Under the pieces are notes generated by a model. The model made no database searches and had not been told where the DNA came from. It worked only from the letters and a program-made list of their open reading frames with translations. A stretch of DNA of 64,000 nt, taken from Opitutales bacterium. GTDB taxonomy: Bacteria > Verrucomicrobiota > Verrucomicrobiia > Opitutales > JABSRG01. The DNA lies in assembly GCA_049599475.1 (NCBI GenBank), contig JBMYOQ010000015.1:1-64000 (forward strand), given 5' to 3'. Of this stretch, positions 20,477 through 29,720 are shown one piece after another (position 1 is the first letter of the stretch; each line of letters opens with the position of its first letter). The position numbers and the translations under genes were made by a program.

Positions 20477-22363
20477 ATGGACAAGAAAAACACATCCATC
20501 GGATTGGTACTGCTCATCATCGGCTTTGGCTTGATGTATGTCACTGCTCCCGAAGCGCCGCCACCTGCGCCTGCGCCGGAGACACAGCCCTCTTCCGAAG
20601 ACACTCCTTTAGATAGTCCAGCGACTTCGCCTGTTGCGGATCCAGCCCAGATGGCTACCGACTCTGGAATCGCGGATCCGGCGGCGATGCTTGCCCAGGC
20701 CGAGGCTGAAATCGAAGAAAAGGCAGCTGATTTTTCTGATGATCAACCGGTCGTCTTGGAAAATGATTATATCCGGATAGCGCTTACACGCCGCGGAGCC
20801 TCGGTTCTAGAGGTCGGTTTCAAGAAGACCGATCCAAACAGCGAAATCGATCCCTACGTCTTCAATGCCGGAGCGCAGCAGCCAGCGCTCGGTCTTTACT
20901 TTGATAATTCTCAGAAGCCCCAGCCGTTTTTCTCAGAATTTCAGTTGGTTTCTGAAACCGTTGATCGCGTGGTCTTTCAATGGGATGCTCCTCAAGGAAA
21001 TTACGCTATTCAGCGTGTGTTCGCACTCGATGGCGGTGAAGAGCGCCCCTACCACATCTCGCACAAGACAGTTATCATCAACAAATCGGATGCATCGCTC
21101 CGGTTGCCAGACATGTTCTTTGGTCTGGGCACGGCCTTTCCCTTGGATACCGATCCTACGGGCCAATATCTCAATTTCGTAGCTTACTCGGGCGGTTCGC
21201 TTGAAAAGTTTGAGATGACGGACTTCACCGGAAGTCGCGGCTTTCTTGGATTCGGCGTAAAAACTCCCGTTAAATACAAGCGGGAGTCGCATTCGAATGT
21301 CACCTGGGCGGCGGCGAAGAATCAGTATTTCGTAAGCCTTCTTCTACCCGATGAGCCCTTGAACACATCGGTGTATGCTGAAGGTGCACCGTTTATTTCG
21401 CCTTATATCGAAGGTGCGGAATCTGCCGGTGTCTTCGGCGCGGTAAGCTATCCTTCACCATCTGTCCAGGCGGGGCAACAGGCCGAGCTCGGCATGACAT
21501 TCTACATCGGGCCTAAGGAAATCGCGCGCCTGCGTGATATCGGCGGTAACACGGTGGAACTCATGGAGTTTGGAGCATTCTTTGGTTGGATCTCTGAGGG
21601 TCTCCTCGTCGTGATGTCTTGGTTCCATGGCTATGTGGGCAATTGGGGTATCTCGATTATTCTGCTCACGATCTCAATCAAACTGATGTTCTGGTGGTTG
21701 ACCTCCAAGGGCATGGTTTCCCAAAAAATCTCGGCTAAGAAGATGCAGGGACTCGCGGAACCGATGAAGGAGCTCCGCGAGAAGCATCAGAATAATCCGC
21801 AAAAGCTCCAAAAGGAGATGATGGAGCTCTACCGCGCGCACAATGTGAACCCACTCGCTGCGGTTGCGGGCTGTTTGCCTATTTTGATCCAGATGCCGAT
21901 TTTCTTTGGTCTCTTTGGTATGTTGCGCACCGCTTCGGAGTTGCGATTGGAGAGCTTCCTCTGGATCCAGGATTTGGCCTTGCCGGACAGGCTGTATGTC
22001 TTCCCGGAGACTTTGCCGATGATCGGAGGCTTTGCCTTCAATATCCTTCCGATTCTTTACGGAGCGACTTCGTACTTCCAGATGAAGATGACTCCGCAAC
22101 CTGCGGCCATGGATGAGCAGCAGCAGATGATGCAGAAGATGTTCAAGATCATGCCTTGGATGTTCGCGATCATTCTCTACAATTTCGCCTCGGCGCTTTC
22201 ACTCTACTGGATTGCCAACAACTTGCTCACTATGACGCAGATGTATCTGGTGAATAAGAAAATCCAGCCCCAACTCGATGAGATCGAGCGGGAGCAGGCT
22301 GAGCGAAAAGTAGCTCAAGCCAAGCCGGTAAAAGCCGCTGGAAAAAAGAGCAAAAAGCGTTAA
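20477..22363 (+). CDS. yidC: Membrane protein insertase YidC
   Basis: GNWGISIILLT, GCLPILIQMPIFF, FLWIQDL, LYWIANN. Confidence 0.97.
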   Translation: MDKKNTSIGLVLLIIGFGLMYVTAPEAPPPAPAPETQPSSEDTPLDSPATSPVADPAQMATDSGIADPAAMLAQAEAEIEEKAADFSDDQPVVLENDYIRIALTRRGASVLEVGFKKTDPNSEIDPYVFNAGAQQPALGLYFDNSQKPQPFFSEFQLVSETVDRVVFQWDAPQGNYAIQRVFALDGGEERPYHISHKTVIINKSDASLRLPDMFFGLGTAFPLDTDPTGQYLNFVAYSGGSLEKFEMTDFTGSRGFLGFGVKTPVKYKRESHSNVTWAAAKNQYFVSLLLPDEPLNTSVYAEGAPFISPYIEGAESAGVFGAVSYPSPSVQAGQQAELGMTFYIGPKEIARLRDIGGNTVELMEFGAFFGWISEGLLVVMSWFHGYVGNWGISIILLTISIKLMFWWLTSKGMVSQKISAKKMQGLAEPMKELREKHQNNPQKLQKEMMELYRAHNVNPLAAVAGCLPILIQMPIFFGLFGMLRTASELRLESFLWIQDLALPDRLYVFPETLPMIGGFAFNILPILYGATSYFQMKMTPQPAAMDEQQQMMQKMFKIMPWMFAIILYNFASALSLYWIANNLLTMTQMYLVNKKIQPQLDEIEREQAERKVAQAKPVKAAGKKSKKR

Positions 22364-22409
22364 GTCCTAAGGACTAAACCCAATTTAATTACCCAAAACA
22401 TTATTCCCC

Positions 22410-23162
22410 ATGGCAGGACATAGTAAATGGGCGACCACCAAGCGCCACAAAGCAGTTGTAGACGCCAAGCGCGGCAAAATTTTTAGTGTCATCAGTAAAG
22501 AGCTCACGCTCGCAGCTCGCGATGGTGGCGGAGATCCGGAAATGAATGCTCGCTTGCGCACGATTTTGCTCAAGGCGAAGGCGGCGAACATGCCAGCAGA
22601 CAATATTGAGCGCGCTATTAAGAAGGGCACAGGCGAGCTTGAAGGTGCGACCATTGAAGAACTGGTATATGAAGGGTATATCGAGGGCGTAGGGCTTATC
22701 GTGGAAGTGACCACGGACAATAAGAACCGCAGCGCTGGCGAGATTCGCAGTTCCTTTTCCAAGAACAATGGCAGCATGGCTGTTCCAGGTGCACTTGCTT
22801 TCAACTTCCAGCGCAAGGGTCAGTTTTTGATCTCCTCGGACGGCGTTGAGAGCGAAGATGATTTGATGATGCTCGCACTCGATGCGGGCGCTGAGGATGT
22901 GCAGAATCGTGGAGATCATTTCGAGGTGACCTGTGAAATCCCCGATTTTGATGCATTGGCGCAAGCACTGGAAGATGCGGAAATCAAGCCTGAGAGCTCG
23001 GAAATGGTCTACATTCCGAATTCAACCATGGAGATCACTACCGTTGAGTCTGCCAAAAAGGTCCTTCGCCTGATTGGGGTTCTCGAAGATCTCGATGACG
23101 TAAAAGCGGTCCACTCCAATTTGGACATGGATGAGGCGATCCTCGAAGAAGCGACTGCCTAG
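22410..23162 (+). CDS. YebC/PmpR family protein
   Basis: MAGHSKWATTKRHK, NMPADNIERAIKKG, YEGY, TDNKNR. Confidence 0.96.
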   Translation: MAGHSKWATTKRHKAVVDAKRGKIFSVISKELTLAARDGGGDPEMNARLRTILLKAKAANMPADNIERAIKKGTGELEGATIEELVYEGYIEGVGLIVEVTTDNKNRSAGEIRSSFSKNNGSMAVPGALAFNFQRKGQFLISSDGVESEDDLMMLALDAGAEDVQNRGDHFEVTCEIPDFDALAQALEDAEIKPESSEMVYIPNSTMEITTVESAKKVLRLIGVLEDLDDVKAVHSNLDMDEAILEEATA

Positions 23163-23235
23163 TCGGCGTGATCGCTTAAATTTTCTGTAGGGTCTTTGCT
23201 TGCGAAGACTTTTGCGGGTCTCAGTGTGGAGGCTT

Positions 23236-24396
23236 ATGAACGACGCGGACGAGTCATGGTCAGATTCCGATGGAGGCGAAGTAGGATTCGTCGAGGAGCA
23301 TGACTTTGTGTGCAAAGAGCCCTTTGTATGCGAAGAGGGCGGTAGCCTGTCTGAGTTCACATTACGTTATGAGACCTACGGTCACCTGAATGAGGATCGG
23401 AGCAATGTCATACTCATCGCGCATGCCTTGACGGGGGATCACCACGTCGCAGGTGTGCACAGCATGAATGATCGCAAAACCGGTTGGTGGAACCATATTC
23501 TGGGGCCAGGAAAGCCAATCGACACGCGTGAATATTTTGTGATCTGCTCGAATTGTCTCGGTGGCTGCCAAGGCTCGACGGGTCCAGCTTCCATAAACCC
23601 CGCGACGGGTAAGGCCTACGGCCTCGATTTTCCGATGATCACGATCGGAGATATGGTGCATGCGCAGAAGCGTCTACTCGACCATTTGGGGATCGATAAG
23701 CTCTATGCAGTGATCGGTGGAAGTATGGGAGGTATGCAAGCTCTCCAATGGGCGATCGCTTATCCGGATATCCCCAAGCGTATTTTGGCCATGGCGACGA
23801 CAGCCCGACAGAATTCGCAGGCGATCGCTTTCAACGAAGTGGGCCGCAGCGCGATCATGCAGGATGCTGATTGGAAAAATGGTAATTATGGTCAAGGGGC
23901 GGGTCCTAAAGTGGGCTTGGCCATTGCCCGTATGATGGCGCATATTACCTATCTATCGGATCGTGGACTGGAGGCTAAATTTGGTCGAGCGCGCCGAGAG
24001 ACGATGAAAGCTGGCCCAGATGCTCGTGATCACTTCGACGTAGAATTTGAGGTAGAATCCTACTTGCGCTATCAGGGGAAGTCTTTCGTAAACCGTTTTG
24101 ATGCAAATACTTATTTGTACTTCACTAAGGCGCTTGATCGGTTTGACCTGTACGGACCGGCCCAGGATTTGGCGAATACATTCAAAGATGTGAAAGCGCG
24201 AACACTCGTCGTGGGCTTCACCTCAGACTGGCTGTTTCCCCCGGATCAAAACGAAGATATTGTCTATGCGCTGCTTCAGGCACGGAAAGATGCGAGCTAT
24301 GTCGAGTGCGAGATGGATTTGGGCCACGACTCTTTTCTGCTGCACTCTCAGGAGCTCTACGAATTAGTCCGCTCCTTCTTGAAAGCGCCTTTATAA
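23236..24396 (+). CDS. metX: Homoserine O-acetyltransferase
   Basis: HALTGD, GGSMGG, RFDANTY, GHDSFL; GGAGG RBS before the ATG; followed by metW. Confidence 0.95.
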   Translation: MNDADESWSDSDGGEVGFVEEHDFVCKEPFVCEEGGSLSEFTLRYETYGHLNEDRSNVILIAHALTGDHHVAGVHSMNDRKTGWWNHILGPGKPIDTREYFVICSNCLGGCQGSTGPASINPATGKAYGLDFPMITIGDMVHAQKRLLDHLGIDKLYAVIGGSMGGMQALQWAIAYPDIPKRILAMATTARQNSQAIAFNEVGRSAIMQDADWKNGNYGQGAGPKVGLAIARMMAHITYLSDRGLEAKFGRARRETMKAGPDARDHFDVEFEVESYLRYQGKSFVNRFDANTYLYFTKALDRFDLYGPAQDLANTFKDVKARTLVVGFTSDWLFPPDQNEDIVYALLQARKDASYVECEMDLGHDSFLLHSQELYELVRSFLKAPL

Positions 24397-24402
24397 TTTT
24401 TC

Positions 24403-25014
24403 ATGTCCCAAGCCTCAAATAAACGCCAAGTAGATTTTCAGGTGATCGCCGAATGGGTGGATCCGGGCTCCAGCGTGCTTGATTTGGGCTGTGGGCGAGG
24501 CGTGTTATTGGAATTTCTCAAGACGACGAAAGACGTCTACGGCGTCGGCGTGGACCTTTCTCAGAGCAAAGCTACGGCATGTGTGAAGCGGGGCATTCCT
24601 GTCTTCCAGGGGGATGTCGATGCTGTGTTGAATCGCTTCTCAGAGAATGCGTTTGACCGTGTCATTTTCTCAAGGACGGTTGAAGAGCTGCGGAATCCTA
24701 AGCGCACCTTGAATCGCGCTCTAGAAGTGGGCCGCTCGGTAACCGTTGGTTTTATCAATCATGGCTATTGGATAAATCGCCTCAACCTGGCGTTGCATGG
24801 CAAACGAACGGTCAATGAAGTGTATCCGAAGCCGTGGCAGGAGACGCGCCCTCGTAATCCGTTCTCGATGTCGGAGTTTGAAGAGTTCTGCAGAGTCGAG
24901 GGCGTCACGATCCAGCGCCGACGCTGCCTGAGTGGGAATTGGGTGAAGGATCAGAGCTTCCTTCCAAATTTGTTCGCAGGATACGTGATCTACGACCTAG
25001 AAAAGCAGTCTTGA
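24403..25014 (+). CDS. metW: Methionine biosynthesis protein MetW
   Basis: VLDLGCGRG SAM motif; downstream of metX. Confidence 0.9.
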   Translation: MSQASNKRQVDFQVIAEWVDPGSSVLDLGCGRGVLLEFLKTTKDVYGVGVDLSQSKATACVKRGIPVFQGDVDAVLNRFSENAFDRVIFSRTVEELRNPKRTLNRALEVGRSVTVGFINHGYWINRLNLALHGKRTVNEVYPKPWQETRPRNPFSMSEFEEFCRVEGVTIQRRRCLSGNWVKDQSFLPNLFAGYVIYDLEKQS

Positions 25015-25054
25015 GGTTGCATCTAGGATCTGAGGTGTCCAGCCTCGCGAGCTG

Positions 25055-26242
25055 ATGAGTGTTGCCCAGGAGATATCTGCGATTCTGAACGATGTTATAG
25101 AGCTTCGGCATGATTTGCATGCCCATCCGGAAATCGCCTATCAAGAGACCCGCACAGCGGCGAAAGTCTTGGAGAATCTGGAGGCGATCCCAGGCCTGGA
25201 GATTCGATCTGGATTGGCAGGTACGGGCGTGGTAGCGACCTTGCGCGGGGATATAGAAAAACCGGCGGTGGGCTTGCGTGCAGATATGGATGCGCTGCCT
25301 ATGCAGGATAAGTGCGGTCAGCCGTGGGCGTCGACCATCCCTGGAAAAGCACATACCTGTGGGCATGATGGGCACACGGCAGCGCTCGTTGGAGCGGCGA
25401 AGGTCTTGGGCGCCAAGCAAGATGAGCTCGAGCAACCGGTGAAGTTTGTCTTTCAGCCTGCTGAGGAAGGAGGGGCTGGGGCCGATAAGATGATTTTGGA
25501 GGGTGCTCTGGAAGCACCGGAAGTGGCAGCCATTTTCGGTCTGCATGGCTGGCCTGCCCTCGATCGCGGGCAGATTGGTATCTGCCCTGGACCGATGTTG
25601 GCATCGTCTACGGCCGTGGAAATTGAGATTTTGGGAACCGGGGGACATGCGGCAATGCCCCATCAGACACACGATCCAGTGGTCGCTGCGGCGCAGCTCA
25701 TATCTTCTCTGCAGACTCTGGTTTCGCGGACTTTGAACCCTCTGGATTCGGGAGTGGTTTCTATCTGTAAGCTGGAGGGCGGTACGACGTTTAATGTGAT
25801 TCCCGACCGTGTGAAATTGTTGGGGACCATTCGAGCTTTGAGGCAGTCTACGCGCGATCACTTGTTTGCGAAGGTCCGCAGTGTGTCTGCTCACATAGCA
25901 GAGGCCTTTGAATGTGAGGCCAAGGTTACCATCCATGAGGGCTATCCGGTGACTGAGAATGCGGCGTCAGCTCTCACTGTTTTTGAGAAATCAGCAAGAG
26001 ATGCTTTGGGCCACGGTGAGTCGATCGTTCCGGTTCAACCGGTGATGGGCGGCGAAGATTTTTCGTTTTACGCGCAAAAGATCCCGGCCAACTTTTGGTT
26101 CTTGGGCGTGCGCCCGGAGGGCAAGGAAGATCAGGCTCAATTGCATCAGCCAGAATATGAATTTCCAGATGAAATGCTGGAGCCCGCCATTCGATTGCAT
26201 TGTGCGACGGCCTTGGGATTTGCCACGCATTGGAACCCTTAG
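25055..26242 (+). CDS. M20D family amidohydrolase
   Basis: HAHPE, LRADMDAL, HTCGHDGH, FQPAEE, GGEDF. Confidence 0.93.
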   Translation: MSVAQEISAILNDVIELRHDLHAHPEIAYQETRTAAKVLENLEAIPGLEIRSGLAGTGVVATLRGDIEKPAVGLRADMDALPMQDKCGQPWASTIPGKAHTCGHDGHTAALVGAAKVLGAKQDELEQPVKFVFQPAEEGGAGADKMILEGALEAPEVAAIFGLHGWPALDRGQIGICPGPMLASSTAVEIEILGTGGHAAMPHQTHDPVVAAAQLISSLQTLVSRTLNPLDSGVVSICKLEGGTTFNVIPDRVKLLGTIRALRQSTRDHLFAKVRSVSAHIAEAFECEAKVTIHEGYPVTENAASALTVFEKSARDALGHGESIVPVQPVMGGEDFSFYAQKIPANFWFLGVRPEGKEDQAQLHQPEYEFPDEMLEPAIRLHCATALGFATHWNP

Positions 26243-26274
26243 AGCCCTTTAGCCTCTGATTTTAGGAAAACGCT

Positions 26275-27168
26275 ATGTATCCGCCAATCGCTCCAGATGC
26301 TGAAGGATTTTATGTCCATCAATTATCGGAAATTTTGATCAAATTTCCTGATGGTTTTCCTGTGGATGGTATTCGCTACTATGGTTTGTCCTACTTGCTA
26401 GGTTTCTTAATTGCGTGGCTGCTTCTGAAGGTGCTCTACAAGCAGGGAGTCTCACCGCTTAATGCTGAGCAGCGAGCAGATTTGAGCCTCTACATCATTA
26501 TTGGGGTGATGGCTGGCGGGCGTTTGGGATACATGCTGCTCTATGATTTTGGGGCATTACTGGAAAACCCGCTTTCGCTTTTTCAGGTGTGGAAAGGGGG
26601 CATGGCCAGCCACGGTGGATTCATCGGAGTGGTGATTGCCATGGCAATCTATTCGAAGCGTACCCAAATTCCTTTTCTCAAACTCACGGATTTATGTGTA
26701 TTGATCTGCACTCCCGGGATCGTACTGGGACGTATTGCAAACTTCATCAATGGAGAATTGTGGGGTCACCCGAGCCGCGTGAAATGGGCCGTAGTTTTTC
26801 CTGAAAGCACCGGTGTTTATCTGCCGGAGTACAGTGGCACCTTCCTGGTTCCACGTCATCCGAGCCAATTGTATCAAGCCGGTCTTGAAGGCCTCGCCGT
26901 AGGCGTTTTCCTTTGGTGGCGTTTAAGTCGCCTCAGAGGCGCATTAAGCACGGGTCGCCTCACGGGTCTGCTCGGGGCAGAATTCCTGATGGCTTATGGG
27001 GCGATGCGCATCGTGGGCGAACGCTTCCGAGTCCCGGATGATGGCGTCACACTGATCTTTGGAGTCCTCAGCCGAGGCACTTTCTACTCAATCCTGATGC
27101 TTGTGATTGGGGCCATCGTTTGGCGATGGATAAAGCAAAAGGACCGCTCGCCTGAGATGGCGGCTTAG
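26275..27168 (+). CDS. lgt: Prolipoprotein diacylglyceryl transferase
   Basis: RYYGLSY, GGRLGY, GGMASHGG, GRIANFINGEL, RHPSQLY. Confidence 0.96.
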   Translation: MYPPIAPDAEGFYVHQLSEILIKFPDGFPVDGIRYYGLSYLLGFLIAWLLLKVLYKQGVSPLNAEQRADLSLYIIIGVMAGGRLGYMLLYDFGALLENPLSLFQVWKGGMASHGGFIGVVIAMAIYSKRTQIPFLKLTDLCVLICTPGIVLGRIANFINGELWGHPSRVKWAVVFPESTGVYLPEYSGTFLVPRHPSQLYQAGLEGLAVGVFLWWRLSRLRGALSTGRLTGLLGAEFLMAYGAMRIVGERFRVPDDGVTLIFGVLSRGTFYSILMLVIGAIVWRWIKQKDRSPEMAA

Positions 27169-27185
27169 CCTTTCTCCTCGCGTCT

Positions 27186-28034
27186 CTATCGCGAAGGGCG
27201 GAAGCGGCGATGAGCTATCATAGCCAATAGAGCGAGAACGGCACTCGCTAACCCTACGGTAGCAGGTTCCGGGATTTTCACTAATTTGAAGTTCAAAGCA
27301 CTGATGGAGAAGCCGGCAGAGCCGATCTCTGAGTGATCCACGGGCTGAGTAAAGCTGAAGGAATCTTTGCTGCCACTGATAACGATCGATTGATCCATCA
27401 CATCGAAAGTCTGGATGTCCTGCATGTTCGTAATCTCGTAGTCTGTATTTTGCTCATTGTGCCTTAAGCGCATCAACGGGCTCGTCGTCTTTGGCCGATT
27501 GGCGTCTGAGATGGTGACAGAGCTCAAGACCACTTCGGTATCGACAAGTCCGGTTGCATCCACGGTCCAGATCATCTCTTCGAACGATTCTCTCAGGGCT
27601 GGGTTTGGGGTCGCGGTACCGCCTTGAATACCGCCGCCGTTGATTTTACCCGCGTTGAAGCCTTGCACGCCGATGCCCGTTCCCTGCACGTTTGCGAAAA
27701 TATTACCGGGCTTCCCTAGGTCGCTAATAGAAGAAACAGTGATCGACAGAGAGCCTGCAGGTGTTTCCCCGATATTTCCCAAGACTTCACCGCTGAATGC
27801 TTGCGATATGTCCGCGTGCAGGAATCTGCTGGCCCCAGCCTCTTTGATACGGACTTGGCCGCTTGGGTTGATGTCGATTTCGAAAGTCAGCTCTCCCTGG
27901 CGCTTGTTGATTTCGTTCTCGTGGTAGTTAGGGATCCGGGTGCCAATTTCTGAGAAATCTAGCGAGATTTCAGTCGCTGTCGCTAGATGGGTAGCCGCGA
28001 TCAAGCCGAAGCAAAGGGAAAGGGATTTTTTCAC
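27186..28034 (-). CDS. PEP-CTERM sorting-signal surface protein
   Basis: Signal peptide from GTG (KKSLSLCFGL...) and C-terminal IPEP + TM helix + basic tail (HRRFR). Confidence 0.88.
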   Translation of the reverse strand: MKKSLSLCFGLIAATHLATATEISLDFSEIGTRIPNYHENEINKRQGELTFEIDINPSGQVRIKEAGASRFLHADISQAFSGEVLGNIGETPAGSLSITVSSISDLGKPGNIFANVQGTGIGVQGFNAGKINGGGIQGGTATPNPALRESFEEMIWTVDATGLVDTEVVLSSVTISDANRPKTTSPLMRLRHNEQNTDYEITNMQDIQTFDVMDQSIVISGSKDSFSFTQPVDHSEIGSAGFSISALNFKLVKIPEPATVGLASAVLALLAMIAHRRFRPSR

Positions 28035-28145
28035 GATAGGGAAGGGGGAGGGTTTCGTGGGTGAATTGCGTAAAGGTTTAACCAATGTCTTACGGCATGT
28101 CAGTTAAAAATTTATACGTTCTAGACCGTATTCTGAGAGGATTGA

Positions 28146-28175
28146 TTGAATGGGCACGACTCGCATACGTACAAT
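28146..28175 (+). promoter_or_regulatory. Putative sigma-70 promoter for the rod-shaped RNA
   Basis: TTGAAT-N18-TACAAT ending 5 nt before the 5' end of the long stem. Confidence 0.55.
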
Positions 28176-28180
28176 AATGA

Positions 28181-28393
28181 GGCGGACGCCCCTATGGAGT
28201 GGAATGTCGCTTCTTTAATAGTATCTCAAGGGGTAGCGCCGGGGCACCGAACCGGCATGACTCGGCTTTAGCCGCAGAAGCTATCGCGCCCATGCCCGCT
28301 CGGTGATCGGGCGCTTCCCCTTGGTGTAAGTTGAAGGTAATTGATGCCCGAAAATACTCTGAAGGAAGCGCCATTCCCTATGGAGTGTCCGCC
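28181..28393 (+). ncRNA. Structured rod-like ncRNA, candidate 6S RNA
   Basis: Nested pairings GGCGGAC/GTCCGCC, GGAATG/CATTCC, CGCTTC/GAAGCG, central bubble, CAAGGGG/CCCCTTG, AGCGCC/GGCGCT, CACCGA/TCGGTG, GGCATG/CATGCC. Confidence 0.6.
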
Positions 28394-28418
28394 CGCATTA
28401 CTTCTGAGTTTCGTACGA

Positions 28419-29117
28419 TTATTCCATTGTGAAGAAGAGCAGATCTGAATCGGACTGAGCTCTAATGCTTCCTCCGTCCTCTTCCTTTATGGCTACTCCG
28501 TCTCCGGTTTTTACCACTTGTCCATCCATCTCGATGTCTCCCTCGACCACTTGCAGCCATCCCTGCTGCGAGTCGTTGAGTGGCAGATCTAAAGACTGGC
28601 CCTTTGAGAGGCGCGCGTTTCGGATTTCTGTTTTTTGGCGAATGGTCATCGAGTTGTCCTTACCGTCTGGGCTTGCGAGGAGCACCCAGGCATCCCTGCG
28701 AGCTGTGTCGTCGATATCGAGTTCTTGATAGTCAGGGGCCAGGCCGCGCTTCTCCGGAGTGATCCAGATTTGATACAGATGCGTGTGATCGGAGTCGCTT
28801 GGATTTCCCTCGCTGTGTACAATGCCTCGGCCAGCAGTCATCAATTGCACGCGGTTTTTACCCACGTGACTGGTGTTCCCGAGATTGTCTTTATGCTCGA
28901 GGAGGCCTTCGGGCACGTAGGAGAAGATCTCCATGTCAGAATGCGGATGGGGCGGGAATAAGCCGCCGGGTCCGATCCGGTCGTCGTTCATCACGCGAAG
29001 ATGTCCAAAGCGGACGTGTTCTGGGTCATAGTAGCCTCCGAAGCTAAAGGAATGGCGTGAATCCAGCCACTCGAATTGGGAGACTCCTCGTTCATTTGCT
29101 TTACGTATTGTTTTCAT
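28419..29117 (-). CDS. Pirin family protein (YhhW-like)
   Basis: HSFSFGGYYDP, LRVMNDD, HPHSDME, MTAGRGIVHSE, QIWI. Confidence 0.95.
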   Translation of the reverse strand: MKTIRKANERGVSQFEWLDSRHSFSFGGYYDPEHVRFGHLRVMNDDRIGPGGLFPPHPHSDMEIFSYVPEGLLEHKDNLGNTSHVGKNRVQLMTAGRGIVHSEGNPSDSDHTHLYQIWITPEKRGLAPDYQELDIDDTARRDAWVLLASPDGKDNSMTIRQKTEIRNARLSKGQSLDLPLNDSQQGWLQVVEGDIEMDGQVVKTGDGVAIKEEDGGSIRAQSDSDLLFFTME

Positions 29118-29119
29118 AA

Positions 29120-29135
29120 ATCTTTACATCAAGAT
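29120..29135. promoter_or_regulatory. Putative MarR/MhqR-type operator upstream of pirin
   Basis: ATCTT-tacatc-AAGAT palindrome; similar site upstream of marR. Confidence 0.6.
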
Positions 29136-29152
29136 ATTAGTGCTAAATTAAA

Positions 29153-29593
29153 TTACCCATTTAGGGCCTCAGCGTGTTTTCCGAGTTTCTTTAGAAGGCT
29201 GGCGAGGGCGATCGATTCGGCGTGTTCTAGGACTTTGAAAATCTCGCGCAAGTCCTCCAGATGGGTCTCGAAGCAGGAGGCTATCCGCTGGTGGCCACTT
29301 TCCGTGAGATCTACCCAGTAAATGCGGCGGTCCTGGGAATCCTGAATACGCTCAACCCAACCCTTTTTCTGCAGACGATCAACGGCAGAGGTGATTGAGC
29401 CACTAGTCAGCATGACCTTTTTGCCAATCGTGTTTACAGGTTGTTTGCCTTGGTTGAATAAAATTTCTAGCACTGCGAAATCCGATATAGAATCGAAGCC
29501 GAGGCGTTGGATCGATTGGCGATCGATACTCTCGACCGCTCGAAACGAGCGGAACAGAAGTATCCACAAATATCCGGCTTCTTTAGTGTCCAT
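29153..29593 (-). CDS. MarR family regulator, MhqR-like
   Basis: FAVLEILF..G.QP, IGKKVMLTSGSIT..VDRL, DRR wing. Confidence 0.92.
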   Translation of the reverse strand: MDTKEAGYLWILLFRSFRAVESIDRQSIQRLGFDSISDFAVLEILFNQGKQPVNTIGKKVMLTSGSITSAVDRLQKKGWVERIQDSQDRRIYWVDLTESGHQRIASCFETHLEDLREIFKVLEHAESIALASLLKKLGKHAEALNG

Positions 29594-29613
29594 ACTGAAT
29601 CAAATAGCCTAGA

Positions 29614-29631
29614 TATCTTTATGTCAAGGTA
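29614..29631. promoter_or_regulatory. Putative autoregulatory operator of the MarR gene
   Basis: TATCTT-tatgtc-AAGGTA, nested in AGCCTA...TAGGCT. Confidence 0.6.
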
Positions 29632-29720
29632 AATAGGCTTATAGTTAACTTATAGGTCGTTTTTGATTAACAAAAAGAATTTGCATTTTGCCCGCTTAGT
29701 GGCTTTTTAATTGATCCCTT

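Noticed and set aside
28118..28129. 12-mer GTTCTAGACCGT also at 49031-49042
   Set aside because: Many 12-bp matches are expected by chance in 64 kb.
28192..28374. 60-aa minus-strand ORF as a type I toxin inside the long hairpin
   Set aside because: It has no hydrophobic helix, and the promoter and G-U pairs favour a + strand RNA.
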